The position numbers were made by a program, and so were the translations under genes. Below, in pieces: positions 27,681 through 38,181 of a DNA stretch of 62,849 nt. The stretch lies in contig CANQCI010000002.1 of NCBI GenBank assembly GCA_947589675.1, positions 1-62,849 of the forward strand, written 5' to 3'. Under the pieces are notes generated by a model. It was not told the DNA's origin. It made no database searches and saw only the letters and a program-made list of their open reading frames with translations. Origin of the DNA: an uncultured Bacilli bacterium (lineage in GTDB: Bacteria > Bacillota_I > Bacilli_A > RF39 > UBA660). Numbering within the stretch: the first letter of the stretch is position 1; every line of letters begins with the position of its first letter.

Positions 27681-29756
27681 ATGAAGAAAAAAGAAAAAAT
27701 TTTAATGTTCTTTACATTAATAGTTCTTTTGGTAGTAGTAATTGGTGCCACTTATGCTTTCTTTGCTGCTCAAAGGGGTACTGGAGGTAATGCTAATATT
27801 AATGTAGAAGCCGGAACGACTGATTCATTAACATTTACGAAAGGAAACCCCATTACCATTGATGCTAATAGTGATAATTTTAAAAGTGGTGAACCTAATC
27901 AGGAAGGGGACACCACCGTGTCAGCTCACTTAGTAGCTAACAATGGCAATTATACAGCAAGTGAAACTTATAATGTTTATTTAAATTTAATAAATAATCC
28001 ATTTGTTTACACAAAAACTGATAATCCCGAGTTAATATTACAAGTAATAGACCCAGAAGGACACCCTTTAGAAGCTTTAGAAGACACATCAATAAAGCAT
28101 GTATCACTTAATGATGTTGATGATGATGAAAATCCATTGGAAGGATTTGATATAACAACAGCCACAGGTTTAATCCCAATTAAGTTAAATGAACCAATAG
28201 AAGCTACTCCAAGTGAAGATGATAGAAATGGTAAAGCTGATGAAGAATGGCAAATAAAAATAATACTTATAAACCATGACTATGATCAACAAGTAAATAC
28301 GGGTAAAACTTTTAATGCTCAAGCTATCATAACAGCTGGAACCTTACCAAATGTTAAAGTTGAAACAGCTAATATAACAAATGATAGTATGAAAGTAATA
28401 GCAACCATTTCTGATTACGAAGATACGATTGATAAGGTCGAATTTAAGATTAATGACGATGTAGATAAAGAATGGCATCAAGCAACAGATAATAATTTAA
28501 ATGTTTATAGTTATACTTTTGATAATTTAACAGAAAATAAAAAATATGAAGTTAGTACCAAGATAAGTTTTGCTGATTCCGAAGTATTAAAGGTAATTGA
28601 AGAAAGCATATCAGCTAAAAAGACTTTAGCTGATGCTTGTCCCAACGGAGGTAACTTAGCTGAGTGTGTTATTAGCTTATATAATAAAAACAGTAACTAT
28701 GAAGATACCAAATTATATTATCATGATAATAATTTAGAAAATGGTGCCAATGATTTATCTTACCGATACACTGGAGGAGATTATGCTTTAACCGATATAG
28801 CTAAAGAAAGTTATAGTTCTATAAATGATTTGATTAAGCTAAGTTGTAATGGAATTGCATCTCCAAATAGTAATGATTATTGTTCAACAGTATCAAAATA
28901 TACATTAAGTTATAATCCTGATTTAGAAAATTTAACAACTTTAAAGCAAACTTTAAAGCAAGCAATAACTGATGGATATATAACTGATAATAATATCAAA
29001 AACTATGTTTGTTTTGGAGGAGAGTGTACCGATAAAGAAAATCTCTACCGGATAATTGGAACATTCAAAGTAGAAGATGAATATCAAATAAAGCTTGTAA
29101 AGGCTGATGAGGTTGATAAAACTTTACTTGGTGAAGATGGGGATTTTGCAAGACAAAATTCGCAAAATGCTTATAATAATTATTTAGGGAAACATTATGA
29201 TCAACCAAGATATGCTTGGAATAAAAATGGTGTGAATACGTGGAGTGAAAGTAAATTAAATACTGAAAATTTAAATACATTTTATCTTGATAAGTTAGGT
29301 GATTGGGCGAATAAAATTGCTGAAACAGCATGGCAAGTGGGAGGTATGTCCCAAAATATTGGATATGAACAAGATGTCCATACGGCTTATGAATATGAAT
29401 TAGGTGATTCAAAGAAAACTTTAACGTATTCAGGTCAAATAGGTTTAATGTATGTTAGTGATTTTTATTATGGTGCACCAAAAGATTATTGGAGTTTGCC
29501 AGGTGGTGATACTGTATCTGGTGAAGATTATCGGCTAGCCGCTTGGGATAATTGGTTATGGCTTGGTGACAATGAATGGTTTATTACCCCAACTGAAAGC
29601 ACTACAGAAGCATTTCGTACTAGTACAGTTGGAAATGTACTTAAGGTTATAGTTACAAGTGATTACTATGCTGCCCGTCCAGCATTTTATCTAAACAGTA
29701 ATGTAAGTTATATAAGGGGAACAGGAACAAGTGATGACCCAATAATAATAAGTTAA
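27681..29756 (+). CDS. Family paralog A2 (type A)
   Basis: MKKKEKILMFFTLIVLLVVVIGATYAFFAAQRGTGGNANINVEAGTTDSLTF. ATG at 27681 follows gggag. The upstream in-frame TTG 27651 and ATG 27663 lack an SD. Conserved type A C-terminus ...AARPAFYLNSNVSYIRGTGTSDDPIIIS. Confidence 0.9.
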   Translation: MKKKEKILMFFTLIVLLVVVIGATYAFFAAQRGTGGNANINVEAGTTDSLTFTKGNPITIDANSDNFKSGEPNQEGDTTVSAHLVANNGNYTASETYNVYLNLINNPFVYTKTDNPELILQVIDPEGHPLEALEDTSIKHVSLNDVDDDENPLEGFDITTATGLIPIKLNEPIEATPSEDDRNGKADEEWQIKIILINHDYDQQVNTGKTFNAQAIITAGTLPNVKVETANITNDSMKVIATISDYEDTIDKVEFKINDDVDKEWHQATDNNLNVYSYTFDNLTENKKYEVSTKISFADSEVLKVIEESISAKKTLADACPNGGNLAECVISLYNKNSNYEDTKLYYHDNNLENGANDLSYRYTGGDYALTDIAKESYSSINDLIKLSCNGIASPNSNDYCSTVSKYTLSYNPDLENLTTLKQTLKQAITDGYITDNNIKNYVCFGGECTDKENLYRIIGTFKVEDEYQIKLVKADEVDKTLLGEDGDFARQNSQNAYNNYLGKHYDQPRYAWNKNGVNTWSESKLNTENLNTFYLDKLGDWANKIAETAWQVGGMSQNIGYEQDVHTAYEYELGDSKKTLTYSGQIGLMYVSDFYYGAPKDYWSLPGGDTVSGEDYRLAAWDNWLWLGDNEWFITPTESTTEAFRTSTVGNVLKVIVTSDYYAARPAFYLNSNVSYIRGTGTSDDPIIIS

Positions 29757-29776
29757 AAATAATAAGGTGGTGAAGA

Positions 29777-31855
29777 ATGAAAAATAAAAATAAAATAATG
29801 ATTTTGGCATTGTTATTACTGTTACTAGTCGTTGTGGGAGCAACTTACGCATTCTTTGCTGCCCAAAGAGGTGCTGGAGGAAGTGCTAATATCAATGTAG
29901 AAGCAGGGACAACTGATTCCCTAACATTCACAAATGGAAGTGCGATAACCATTGATGCGAATAGTGATAACTTTAAAAGCGGCGAACCCAACCAAGAGGG
30001 AAACACTACCGTGTCAGCTCACTTGATAGCTAATAACGGTAATAACACAGCCACCGAAACTTATAATGTTTATTTAAATTTAATTAATAATCCTTTTGTT
30101 TACACGAGGACAGATAGTCCTGAGTTAATATTACAAGTAACAGACCCAGAAGGACACCCTTTAGTAGCTTTAGAGGATACATCAATAAAGCATGTATCGC
30201 TTAATGATGTTGATGAAAATGAAGATCCTCTTGAGGGATTTGATATAACAACAGCCACCGGTTTAATCACAATTAAGTTAAATGAACCAATAGAAGCTAC
30301 TCCAAGTGAAGATGATAGAAATGGTAAAGCTGATGAAGAATGGCAAATAAAAATAATACTTATTAATCATGATTATGACCAACAAGTAAATACGGGTAAA
30401 ACTTTTAATGCTCAGGCTATCATAACAGCTGGAACTTTACCAAATGTTAAAGTGGAAACAGCAGATATTACTAACGATAGTATGAAAGTGGTAGCAACAA
30501 TATCAGATTATGAAGATACGATTGACAATGTAGCATTTAAAATTAATGCTGATGAAGATGCCGATTGGCATAATGCTGATAATGATGATGCGAATGTTTA
30601 TAGTTATACCTTTGATAATTTAACAGCAAATAAAAAATATGAAGTAAGTACCAAGATAGAGCTTAATGATGATGAATTATTAAATGTTATAACTGAGAGT
30701 ACCACAGTTAAAAAGTCCATAGAAGATGCGTGCCCAAGAGGCGGGAAATTAGCTGATTGTGTAATAAGTTTATATAATAAAAACAATACATATGAAGATA
30801 CTAAATTATATTTCCATAATGGAACAATAGAAGAGGGTGACGCTGGTGATTTATCCTATCGCTTTGCAGGTGGTGACTACCAATTAACCCAAAAAGCTAA
30901 AGATGCTAAATATAATACAATTCACGATATAATCAAGTTAAATTGTGATGGCTCTGAGGCACCAAATAGTAATGATTACTGTCCAACTAATCCAATTTAT
31001 ACATTAAATTATAATCAAGATGGAACTAATTACAATACTCTTAAGGCTGTATTATACAAAGCAATAGCTGATGGTTACATAAGTGATAATAATGTTAAAA
31101 ATTTTGTTTGTTTTGGTGATGATTGTGCGGATGTCGAAAATCTATACCGGATAATTGGAGCTTTCAAAGTAGGAGAAGAATATCAAATAAAGTTAGTTAA
31201 AGCAGATGAGGTTGATAAAAATTTATTGGGAACTGATGGTGATTTTGCTAGCCAAGGTTCTCGAGGAGCTTACCATACCTATTTAAGATATCATGATGAT
31301 TATCCACGATATACTTGGAATATAAATGGTCAAGGTGTTTGGAGTGAGAGCTCCTTGAACACCCATAATTTAAACACAACCTATCTAGGAAATTTAGGTG
31401 ATTGGGCAAATTATATAGCTATGACAGAATGGCAAGTTGGAGGCATGACTTATCAAACAGGTCACCAATCAAATGCTCATACAGCCTATGAAAATGAATT
31501 AGGTGCCTCCAAAAACATTCTTACTCACCCCGCCAAAATAGGCATGATGTATGTAAGTGACTATTACTATGGAGCTTCAAAAGCTTGGTGGAGTTTACCT
31601 GGAGATGTTTCAAATTTAGAAGACTATCGAAAAGCCGCGTTAGATAATTGGACGTGGATTGGTGATAATTTTTGGCTAATAACACCAAGCACCAGTGATT
31701 CTGAGCGGGCATTTTGTGTTACATCGAATGGCTATGTTTATACGAATGTCACGACTCGAACTATCTTTGCTGTGAGACCTAGTTTTTATCTTAATTCTAA
31801 TGTGATGTATGTTCGCGGTGAGGGGACAAGCGATAATCCTATAATAATAAATTAA
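29777..31855 (+). CDS. Family paralog A3 (type A)
   Basis: SD aaggtggtga. 20-nt spacer from A2. GATYAFFAAQRGAGGSANINVEAGTTDSLTF. Conserved C-terminal domain. Confidence 0.92.
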   Translation: MKNKNKIMILALLLLLLVVVGATYAFFAAQRGAGGSANINVEAGTTDSLTFTNGSAITIDANSDNFKSGEPNQEGNTTVSAHLIANNGNNTATETYNVYLNLINNPFVYTRTDSPELILQVTDPEGHPLVALEDTSIKHVSLNDVDENEDPLEGFDITTATGLITIKLNEPIEATPSEDDRNGKADEEWQIKIILINHDYDQQVNTGKTFNAQAIITAGTLPNVKVETADITNDSMKVVATISDYEDTIDNVAFKINADEDADWHNADNDDANVYSYTFDNLTANKKYEVSTKIELNDDELLNVITESTTVKKSIEDACPRGGKLADCVISLYNKNNTYEDTKLYFHNGTIEEGDAGDLSYRFAGGDYQLTQKAKDAKYNTIHDIIKLNCDGSEAPNSNDYCPTNPIYTLNYNQDGTNYNTLKAVLYKAIADGYISDNNVKNFVCFGDDCADVENLYRIIGAFKVGEEYQIKLVKADEVDKNLLGTDGDFASQGSRGAYHTYLRYHDDYPRYTWNINGQGVWSESSLNTHNLNTTYLGNLGDWANYIAMTEWQVGGMTYQTGHQSNAHTAYENELGASKNILTHPAKIGMMYVSDYYYGASKAWWSLPGDVSNLEDYRKAALDNWTWIGDNFWLITPSTSDSERAFCVTSNGYVYTNVTTRTIFAVRPSFYLNSNVMYVRGEGTSDNPIIIN

Positions 31856-31871
31856 AAAAACGAGGCTAAAA

Positions 31872-33953
31872 ATGAAAAAAGAAAATAAAAATAAATTAAT
31901 GATATTATCGTTGTTATTACTTTTGTTGGTAGTGGTTGGTGCAACTTATGCCTTCTTTGCCGCCCAAAGGGGAGCTGGTGGAAGTGCCAATATTAATGTT
32001 GAAGCTGGAACTACCGATTCTTTAACATTCACAAATGGTAGCGCTATAACGATTGATGCAAACAGTGATAATTTTAAAAGTGGCGAACCCAACCAAGAGG
32101 GAGACACTACCGTGTCAGCTCATTTAGTAGCAAACAATGGCAATAATACAGCCACCGAAACTTATAATGTTTATTTAAATCTTGTTCAAAATCCATTTGT
32201 ATATACAAGGACAGGTAGTCCTGAGTTAATACTACAAGTAACTGACCCAGATGGTAATCCTTTACAAACTTTGGAGGATACATCAATAAAGCATGTATCA
32301 CTTAATGATGTAGATGATGAAGAAAATCCTTTGGAAGGATTTGATATAACGACAGCTACTGGTTTAATTCAAATCAAAAAAGATCAAATAATAAGTGCAA
32401 CCCCAAGTGATGATGCAACTAATGGTAAAAAAGACCAAGATTGGCAAATTAAAATAATACTTATAAACCATGACTATGACCAACAAGTAAATACAGGAAA
32501 AACCTTTAATGCTCAAGCTATCATAACAGCTGGAACCTTACCAAATGTTAAAGTGGAAACAATGAATATAACTAACGATAGTATGAAAGTAGTGGCAACA
32601 ATATCTGATTATGAAGATACAATTAATAAAGTAGAGTTCCAAATAGATGATGAAGTAGATACTGAATGGCACGAAGCAGTAGATGATGGTAATCAAGTAT
32701 ATAGTCATAAATTTGAAAGTTTAACAAGTAATAAAAAATATAATGTGAAAACGAAAGTAACTTATGAAAATTCAGAAGAATTATTAAATGTTATAACTGA
32801 GAGTACCACAGCAAAAAAGACATTAGCAGATGCTTGTCCTAGAGGTGGCAATTTGGCTGATTGCCTAATAAGTTTATATAATAAAAATAATGCTTATGAA
32901 GATACTAAGTTATATTTCCATAATGGAACAATGGATGGGCAAGATGCTAATGATCAATCATATCGATTTACAGGTGGTGACTACCAATTAACCCAAAAAG
33001 CTAAAGATGCTAAATATAGTACTATCAACGATATAATTAAATTAACTTGTAATGGAACTCTAGCTATTTTAAGTAATGATTATTGTGAAACAAATCCAAT
33101 TTATACATTAAGTTATAATCCTAGTATAGAAAATTTAACAACTTTAAAGCAGACATTAAATCAAACAATAAATGATGGTTATATAAGTGATAATAATATT
33201 AAAAACTTTGTATGCTTTGGTGACGATTGTGCAAATACTGATAATTTATATCGAATAATCGGAGCTTTCAAAGTGGATGATAAATATCAAATAAAACTAG
33301 TAAAAGCTGATGAAGCAGGTAAAGATTTACTAGGCGAAGATGGCGATTTTGCTAAATCCGGTACCGCATACAATACTTATCTTGGCAATCATAGTGAATG
33401 GCCAAGGTACACATGGGATAAAAACAGTAAAAATGTTTGGAGCGAAAGTGCCTTGAATACCTTAAATTTAAACGTTACCTACTTAGGTAAATTAGGTACT
33501 TGGTCTAACATGATTGCCATGACAGAATGGCAAGTTGGTGGTATAACAAGAGAATTAGGGCGTGAACAAGGAGCATATATCGTTTATGAAAATGAACTTG
33601 GTGATTCCAAGATTCCACTTCCACATCAAGCTAAAATTGGCATGATGTATGTTACCGATTATTATTATGGGGCTACAAAAGATAGATGGAATTTACCAGG
33701 ATACGCTGATTCAAAAGAAGATTATCGGTTAGCCGTCTGGGATAACTGGACTTGGATAGGTGATGATTTTTGGTTGATTACGCCAAGAACAGAAATTGAT
33801 TCGTACGCATTCAGTGTTAATACACGTGGACATGTGATTTCGGGTTTGACGACTTATGGTCACCTTGCCGCCCGTCCTGCATTTTATCTTAAATCCAATA
33901 TAAATTATGTAAGCGGAACGGGAACAAGTGAAGATCCAATAATAATAAGTTAA
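31872..33953 (+). CDS. Family paralog A4 (type A)
   Basis: 16-nt spacer (aaaaacgaggctaaaa). Same N- and C-terminal signatures. Confidence 0.92.
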   Translation: MKKENKNKLMILSLLLLLLVVVGATYAFFAAQRGAGGSANINVEAGTTDSLTFTNGSAITIDANSDNFKSGEPNQEGDTTVSAHLVANNGNNTATETYNVYLNLVQNPFVYTRTGSPELILQVTDPDGNPLQTLEDTSIKHVSLNDVDDEENPLEGFDITTATGLIQIKKDQIISATPSDDATNGKKDQDWQIKIILINHDYDQQVNTGKTFNAQAIITAGTLPNVKVETMNITNDSMKVVATISDYEDTINKVEFQIDDEVDTEWHEAVDDGNQVYSHKFESLTSNKKYNVKTKVTYENSEELLNVITESTTAKKTLADACPRGGNLADCLISLYNKNNAYEDTKLYFHNGTMDGQDANDQSYRFTGGDYQLTQKAKDAKYSTINDIIKLTCNGTLAILSNDYCETNPIYTLSYNPSIENLTTLKQTLNQTINDGYISDNNIKNFVCFGDDCANTDNLYRIIGAFKVDDKYQIKLVKADEAGKDLLGEDGDFAKSGTAYNTYLGNHSEWPRYTWDKNSKNVWSESALNTLNLNVTYLGKLGTWSNMIAMTEWQVGGITRELGREQGAYIVYENELGDSKIPLPHQAKIGMMYVTDYYYGATKDRWNLPGYADSKEDYRLAVWDNWTWIGDDFWLITPRTEIDSYAFSVNTRGHVISGLTTYGHLAARPAFYLKSNINYVSGTGTSEDPIIIS

Positions 33954-33973
33954 AAATAATAAGGTGGTGAAGA

Positions 33974-36064
33974 ATGAAAAAGGAAAATAAAAATAAATTA
34001 ATGATATTATCTTTGTTATTACTTTTGTTAGTTGTTGTTGGAGCTACCTATGCATTCTTTGCTGCCCAAAGAGGTGCAGGTGGTAGTGCTAATATTAATG
34101 TGGAAGCTGGAACAACTGACTCTCTAACTTTTACAAACGGAAGTGCGATAACCATTGATGCTAATAGCGATAACTTTAAAAGTGGAGAACCTAACCAAGA
34201 AGGAAACACTACCGTGTCAGCACACTTGGTAGCTAATAACGGTAATAATACAGCTACGGAAACTTATAATGTTTATTTAAATTTAATTAATAATCCATTT
34301 GTTTATACTAGAGCAGGTAGTCCTGAGTTAATATTACAAGTAATTGATCCTGATGGACAACCTTTACAAACTTTAGAAGATACATCAATAAAGCATGTAT
34401 CAATTGCTGGCGTTGATGAAAATGAAGACCCTCTTGAGGGATTTGATATAACCACAGCTACTGGTTTAATTCAGATTAAAAAAGACCAAGTAATAAGTGC
34501 AGAGCCTAGTGAGGATGAAACAAATGGTAAAAAAGACCAAGATTGGCAAATTAAAATCATCCTAATCAATCATGACTATGACCAACAAGTAAATACAGGG
34601 AAAACTTTTAATGCTCAAGCCATCATAACAGCTGGGACATTACCAAATGTTAAAGTGGAAACAATGAATATTACTAATGATAGTATGAAAGTGGTAGCAA
34701 CAATATCTGATTATGAAGATGTAATTGATAAAGTGGAATTTCAAATTGATGATGAAGTAGATACTGAATGGCATCAAGCAGAAGATGATGGTAATCAAGT
34801 ATATAGTCATATATTTTACAGTTTAACAAGTAATAAAAAATATAATGTTAAAACTAAAGTAACTTATGAAACTTCTCAAGAATTATTAAATGTGATAACT
34901 GAGAGCACCACAGTCAAAAAGACTTTAGCAGATGCTTGCCCTAATGGTGGCAATTTAGCAAAGTGTGTAATTAGTTTATATAATAAAAATAGTAATTATG
35001 AAGATACTAAATTATATTATCATGATGTAAGTTTAGATAATGGAGCTAATGATTTATCCTATCGCTTTACTGGTGGTGACTATCAATTAACCCAAAAAGC
35101 TAAAGAGGCTAAATATAATACAATTCACGATATAATCAAGTTAAATTGTAATGGTTCTCAGGCTGCTATAAGTAATGATTACTGTTCAACAAATCCAGTT
35201 TATACATTAAGTTATATTCAAAAAGGAGAAACTTATACAACTTTAAAATCAGTTTTAGTAAAAGCAATATCTGATGGTTACGTAAGTGATAATAATGTTA
35301 AAAATTATGTTTGTTTTGGTGATGATTGTGCGAATGTTGAAAATCTCTATCGGATAATCGGAGCTTTCAAAGTAGGAGAAGAATACCAAATAAAATTAGT
35401 AAAAGCTGATGAAGCGGGTAAAGATTTATTAGGTGAAGGTGGTGATTTTTCTAGTTCTGGTGCCGTGTCAGGTCCATATAATACTTATCTCGGCAATCAT
35501 AATGAATGGCCAAGATACCTATGGAATAATAGTACTAAAACCAGTACTTGGAGTGAAAGTGAGCTAAATAAACAAAATTTAAATACATTTTATTTAGATA
35601 AATTAGGAAATTGGGCTAGCCTGATTGCTGAAACTACATGGCAAGTTGGAGGTATGACTCCCCAATCAGGTAGTGAACAAGGAGTGCATGCAGCCTATGA
35701 AAGCGAACTTGGTGATGCCAAAACATCACTTCCACACCCCGCCAAAATTGGCATGATGTATGTTACTGATTATTATTATGGGGCTATAAAAGACCATTGG
35801 AGTTTACCAGGGTTTCTTACATCAACTGAGGATTATCGTCAAACTGTGTGGGATAATTGGACTTGGATTGGTGATAATGAATGGTTTATAACGCCGATAG
35901 CTGGTGATACTACGTATGCATTTGGTGTGCCTACGTATGGGTATATAACTTTATATGCGATTACAGATGCTAACTTTGCCGCCCGTCCAGCATTTTACTT
36001 AAAAAGTGATGTAAATTATGTAAGCGGAACAGGAACAAGTGATGATCCAATAATAATAAAATAA
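33974..36064 (+). CDS. Family paralog A5 (type A)
   Basis: Junction aaataataaggtggtgaaga is identical to the A2/A3 and A8/A9 junctions. Same signatures. Confidence 0.92.
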   Translation: MKKENKNKLMILSLLLLLLVVVGATYAFFAAQRGAGGSANINVEAGTTDSLTFTNGSAITIDANSDNFKSGEPNQEGNTTVSAHLVANNGNNTATETYNVYLNLINNPFVYTRAGSPELILQVIDPDGQPLQTLEDTSIKHVSIAGVDENEDPLEGFDITTATGLIQIKKDQVISAEPSEDETNGKKDQDWQIKIILINHDYDQQVNTGKTFNAQAIITAGTLPNVKVETMNITNDSMKVVATISDYEDVIDKVEFQIDDEVDTEWHQAEDDGNQVYSHIFYSLTSNKKYNVKTKVTYETSQELLNVITESTTVKKTLADACPNGGNLAKCVISLYNKNSNYEDTKLYYHDVSLDNGANDLSYRFTGGDYQLTQKAKEAKYNTIHDIIKLNCNGSQAAISNDYCSTNPVYTLSYIQKGETYTTLKSVLVKAISDGYVSDNNVKNYVCFGDDCANVENLYRIIGAFKVGEEYQIKLVKADEAGKDLLGEGGDFSSSGAVSGPYNTYLGNHNEWPRYLWNNSTKTSTWSESELNKQNLNTFYLDKLGNWASLIAETTWQVGGMTPQSGSEQGVHAAYESELGDAKTSLPHPAKIGMMYVTDYYYGAIKDHWSLPGFLTSTEDYRQTVWDNWTWIGDNEWFITPIAGDTTYAFGVPTYGYITLYAITDANFAARPAFYLKSDVNYVSGTGTSDDPIIIK

Positions 36065-36081
36065 AAATGTGATGGTGAAAC

Positions 36082-38163
36082 ATGAAAAAAGAAAATAAAA
36101 ATAAATTAGTGATTTTAGCATTGTTATTGCTGTTACTAGTCGTTGTGGGAGCAACGTATGCCTTCTTTGCTGCCCAAAGAGGTGCTGGTGGTAGTGCCAA
36201 CATTAATGTGGAAGCAGGAACAACTGATTCACTAACATTCACAAATGGTAGTGCGATAACCATTGATGCTAATAGCGACAACTTTAAAAGTGGTGAACCT
36301 AACCAAGAAGGAAACACTACCGTGTCAGCCCATTTGGTAGCGAACAACGGTAATAACACAGCCACCGAAACTTATAATGTTTATTTAAATTTAATTAATA
36401 ATCCCTTTGTATATACAAGGGCAGGTAGTCCTGAGTTAATACTACAAGTTACAGACCCAGAGGGTAATCCTTTACAAACTTTGGAGGATACATCCATACA
36501 ATATGTATCACTTAATGATGTTGATGATAACGAAAATCCTCTTGAGGGATTTGATATAACGACAGCCACAGGTTTAATCCCAATTAAGTTAAATGAACCA
36601 ATAGAAGCTACTCCAAGTGAAGATGATAACAATGGTAAAGCTGATGAAGAATGGCAAATAAAAATAATACTTATCAATCATGATTATGATCAACAAGTAA
36701 ATACCGGAAAAACATTTAATGCTCAAGCTATAATAACAGCTGGGACATTACCGAATGTTAAAGTGGAAACAATGAATATAACTAACGATAGTATGAAAGT
36801 GGTAGCAACAATATCTGATTATGAAGATACGATTGACAATGTAGCATTTAAAATTAATGCTGATGAAGATGCCGATTGGCATAATGCTGATAATGATGAT
36901 GCGAATGTTTATAGTTATACCTTTGATAATTTAACAGCAAATAAAAAATATGAAGTAAGTACCAAGATAGAGCTTAATGATGATGAATTATTAAATGTTA
37001 TAACTGAGAGTACCACAGCAAAAAAGACTTTAGCAGATGCGTGTCCCAATGGAGGTAATTTGGCAGAGTGTGTAATTGGCTTATACAATAAAAATAGTAA
37101 CTATGAGGATACCAAATTATATTATCATGATAGTAATTTAGAAGATGGAGCAAATGACTTATCCTATCGCTTTACTGGTGGTGATTACCAATTAACTCAA
37201 AGAGCTAAAGATGCTCAATATAAAACTATCAATGATATAATCAAATTAAATTGTAATGGTTCTGCGTCATCAAATAGTAATGATTATTGTGGAACTAATC
37301 CAGTTTATAAATTAAGTTATAATCAAAATGATGAACCTTATTTAACTTTAAAATCAGTTTTAACTAAAGCAATAGCTGATGGTTACATAAGTGATAATAA
37401 TGTTAAAAATTTTGTTTGTTTTGGTGATGATTGTGCGGATGTCGAAAATTTATACCGGATAATTGGAGCTTTTAAAGTGGGGGAAGAATATCAAATAAAA
37501 TTGGTAAAAGCAGATGAAGCTGGTGAGGATTTATTGGGGAAAGATGGTGATTATGCTAGTTCTGGGACTAGAGCTGCATATAATACCTATTTAGGCAATC
37601 ATAATGAATGGCCAAGGTATACTTGGGATAAAAATGGTAAAAATGTCTGGAGTGATAGTGCCTTGAATACCCAAAATTTAAACATAACCTACCTTGGTAA
37701 ATTAGGTACATGGGCGAACATTATTGCGAGTACCACTTGGCAGGTTGGAGGAATGACCTATCCTTTAGGCTATGAACAAGGAGCATACACAGCTTATGAA
37801 AATGAATTAGGTAGTGCCAAAACTCCACTTACTCATCCAGCAAAAATAGGTTTGATGTATGTTACTGATTATTATTATGGAGCTACAAAAGATTATTGGA
37901 GTTTGCCAGGATTTGTATCAAATTTACAAGATTATCGATTAGCCACATGGGATAATTGGACTTGGATTGGTGATGATTTTTGGTTTATTACTCCCCGAAC
38001 CGACATCTCCACGCACGCATTCCGTGCTAGTGCGAATGGGGCTGTGGCTACGGATTTGACGACTTATGCTAGCCGTGCAGCTCGACCAAGTTTTTATCTC
38101 AACTCTAATGTGATGTATGTAAGTGGAATAGGAACAAGTGAAGATCCAATAATAATAAAATAA
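36082..38163 (+). CDS. Family paralog A6 (type A)
   Basis: Junction aatgtgatggtgaaac is shared with A6/A7. The middle module is 236/237 nt identical to A3. Confidence 0.92.
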   Translation: MKKENKNKLVILALLLLLLVVVGATYAFFAAQRGAGGSANINVEAGTTDSLTFTNGSAITIDANSDNFKSGEPNQEGNTTVSAHLVANNGNNTATETYNVYLNLINNPFVYTRAGSPELILQVTDPEGNPLQTLEDTSIQYVSLNDVDDNENPLEGFDITTATGLIPIKLNEPIEATPSEDDNNGKADEEWQIKIILINHDYDQQVNTGKTFNAQAIITAGTLPNVKVETMNITNDSMKVVATISDYEDTIDNVAFKINADEDADWHNADNDDANVYSYTFDNLTANKKYEVSTKIELNDDELLNVITESTTAKKTLADACPNGGNLAECVIGLYNKNSNYEDTKLYYHDSNLEDGANDLSYRFTGGDYQLTQRAKDAQYKTINDIIKLNCNGSASSNSNDYCGTNPVYKLSYNQNDEPYLTLKSVLTKAIADGYISDNNVKNFVCFGDDCADVENLYRIIGAFKVGEEYQIKLVKADEAGEDLLGKDGDYASSGTRAAYNTYLGNHNEWPRYTWDKNGKNVWSDSALNTQNLNITYLGKLGTWANIIASTTWQVGGMTYPLGYEQGAYTAYENELGSAKTPLTHPAKIGLMYVTDYYYGATKDYWSLPGFVSNLQDYRLATWDNWTWIGDDFWFITPRTDISTHAFRASANGAVATDLTTYASRAARPSFYLNSNVMYVSGIGTSEDPIIIK

Positions 38164-38181
38164 AAAATGTGATGGTGAAAC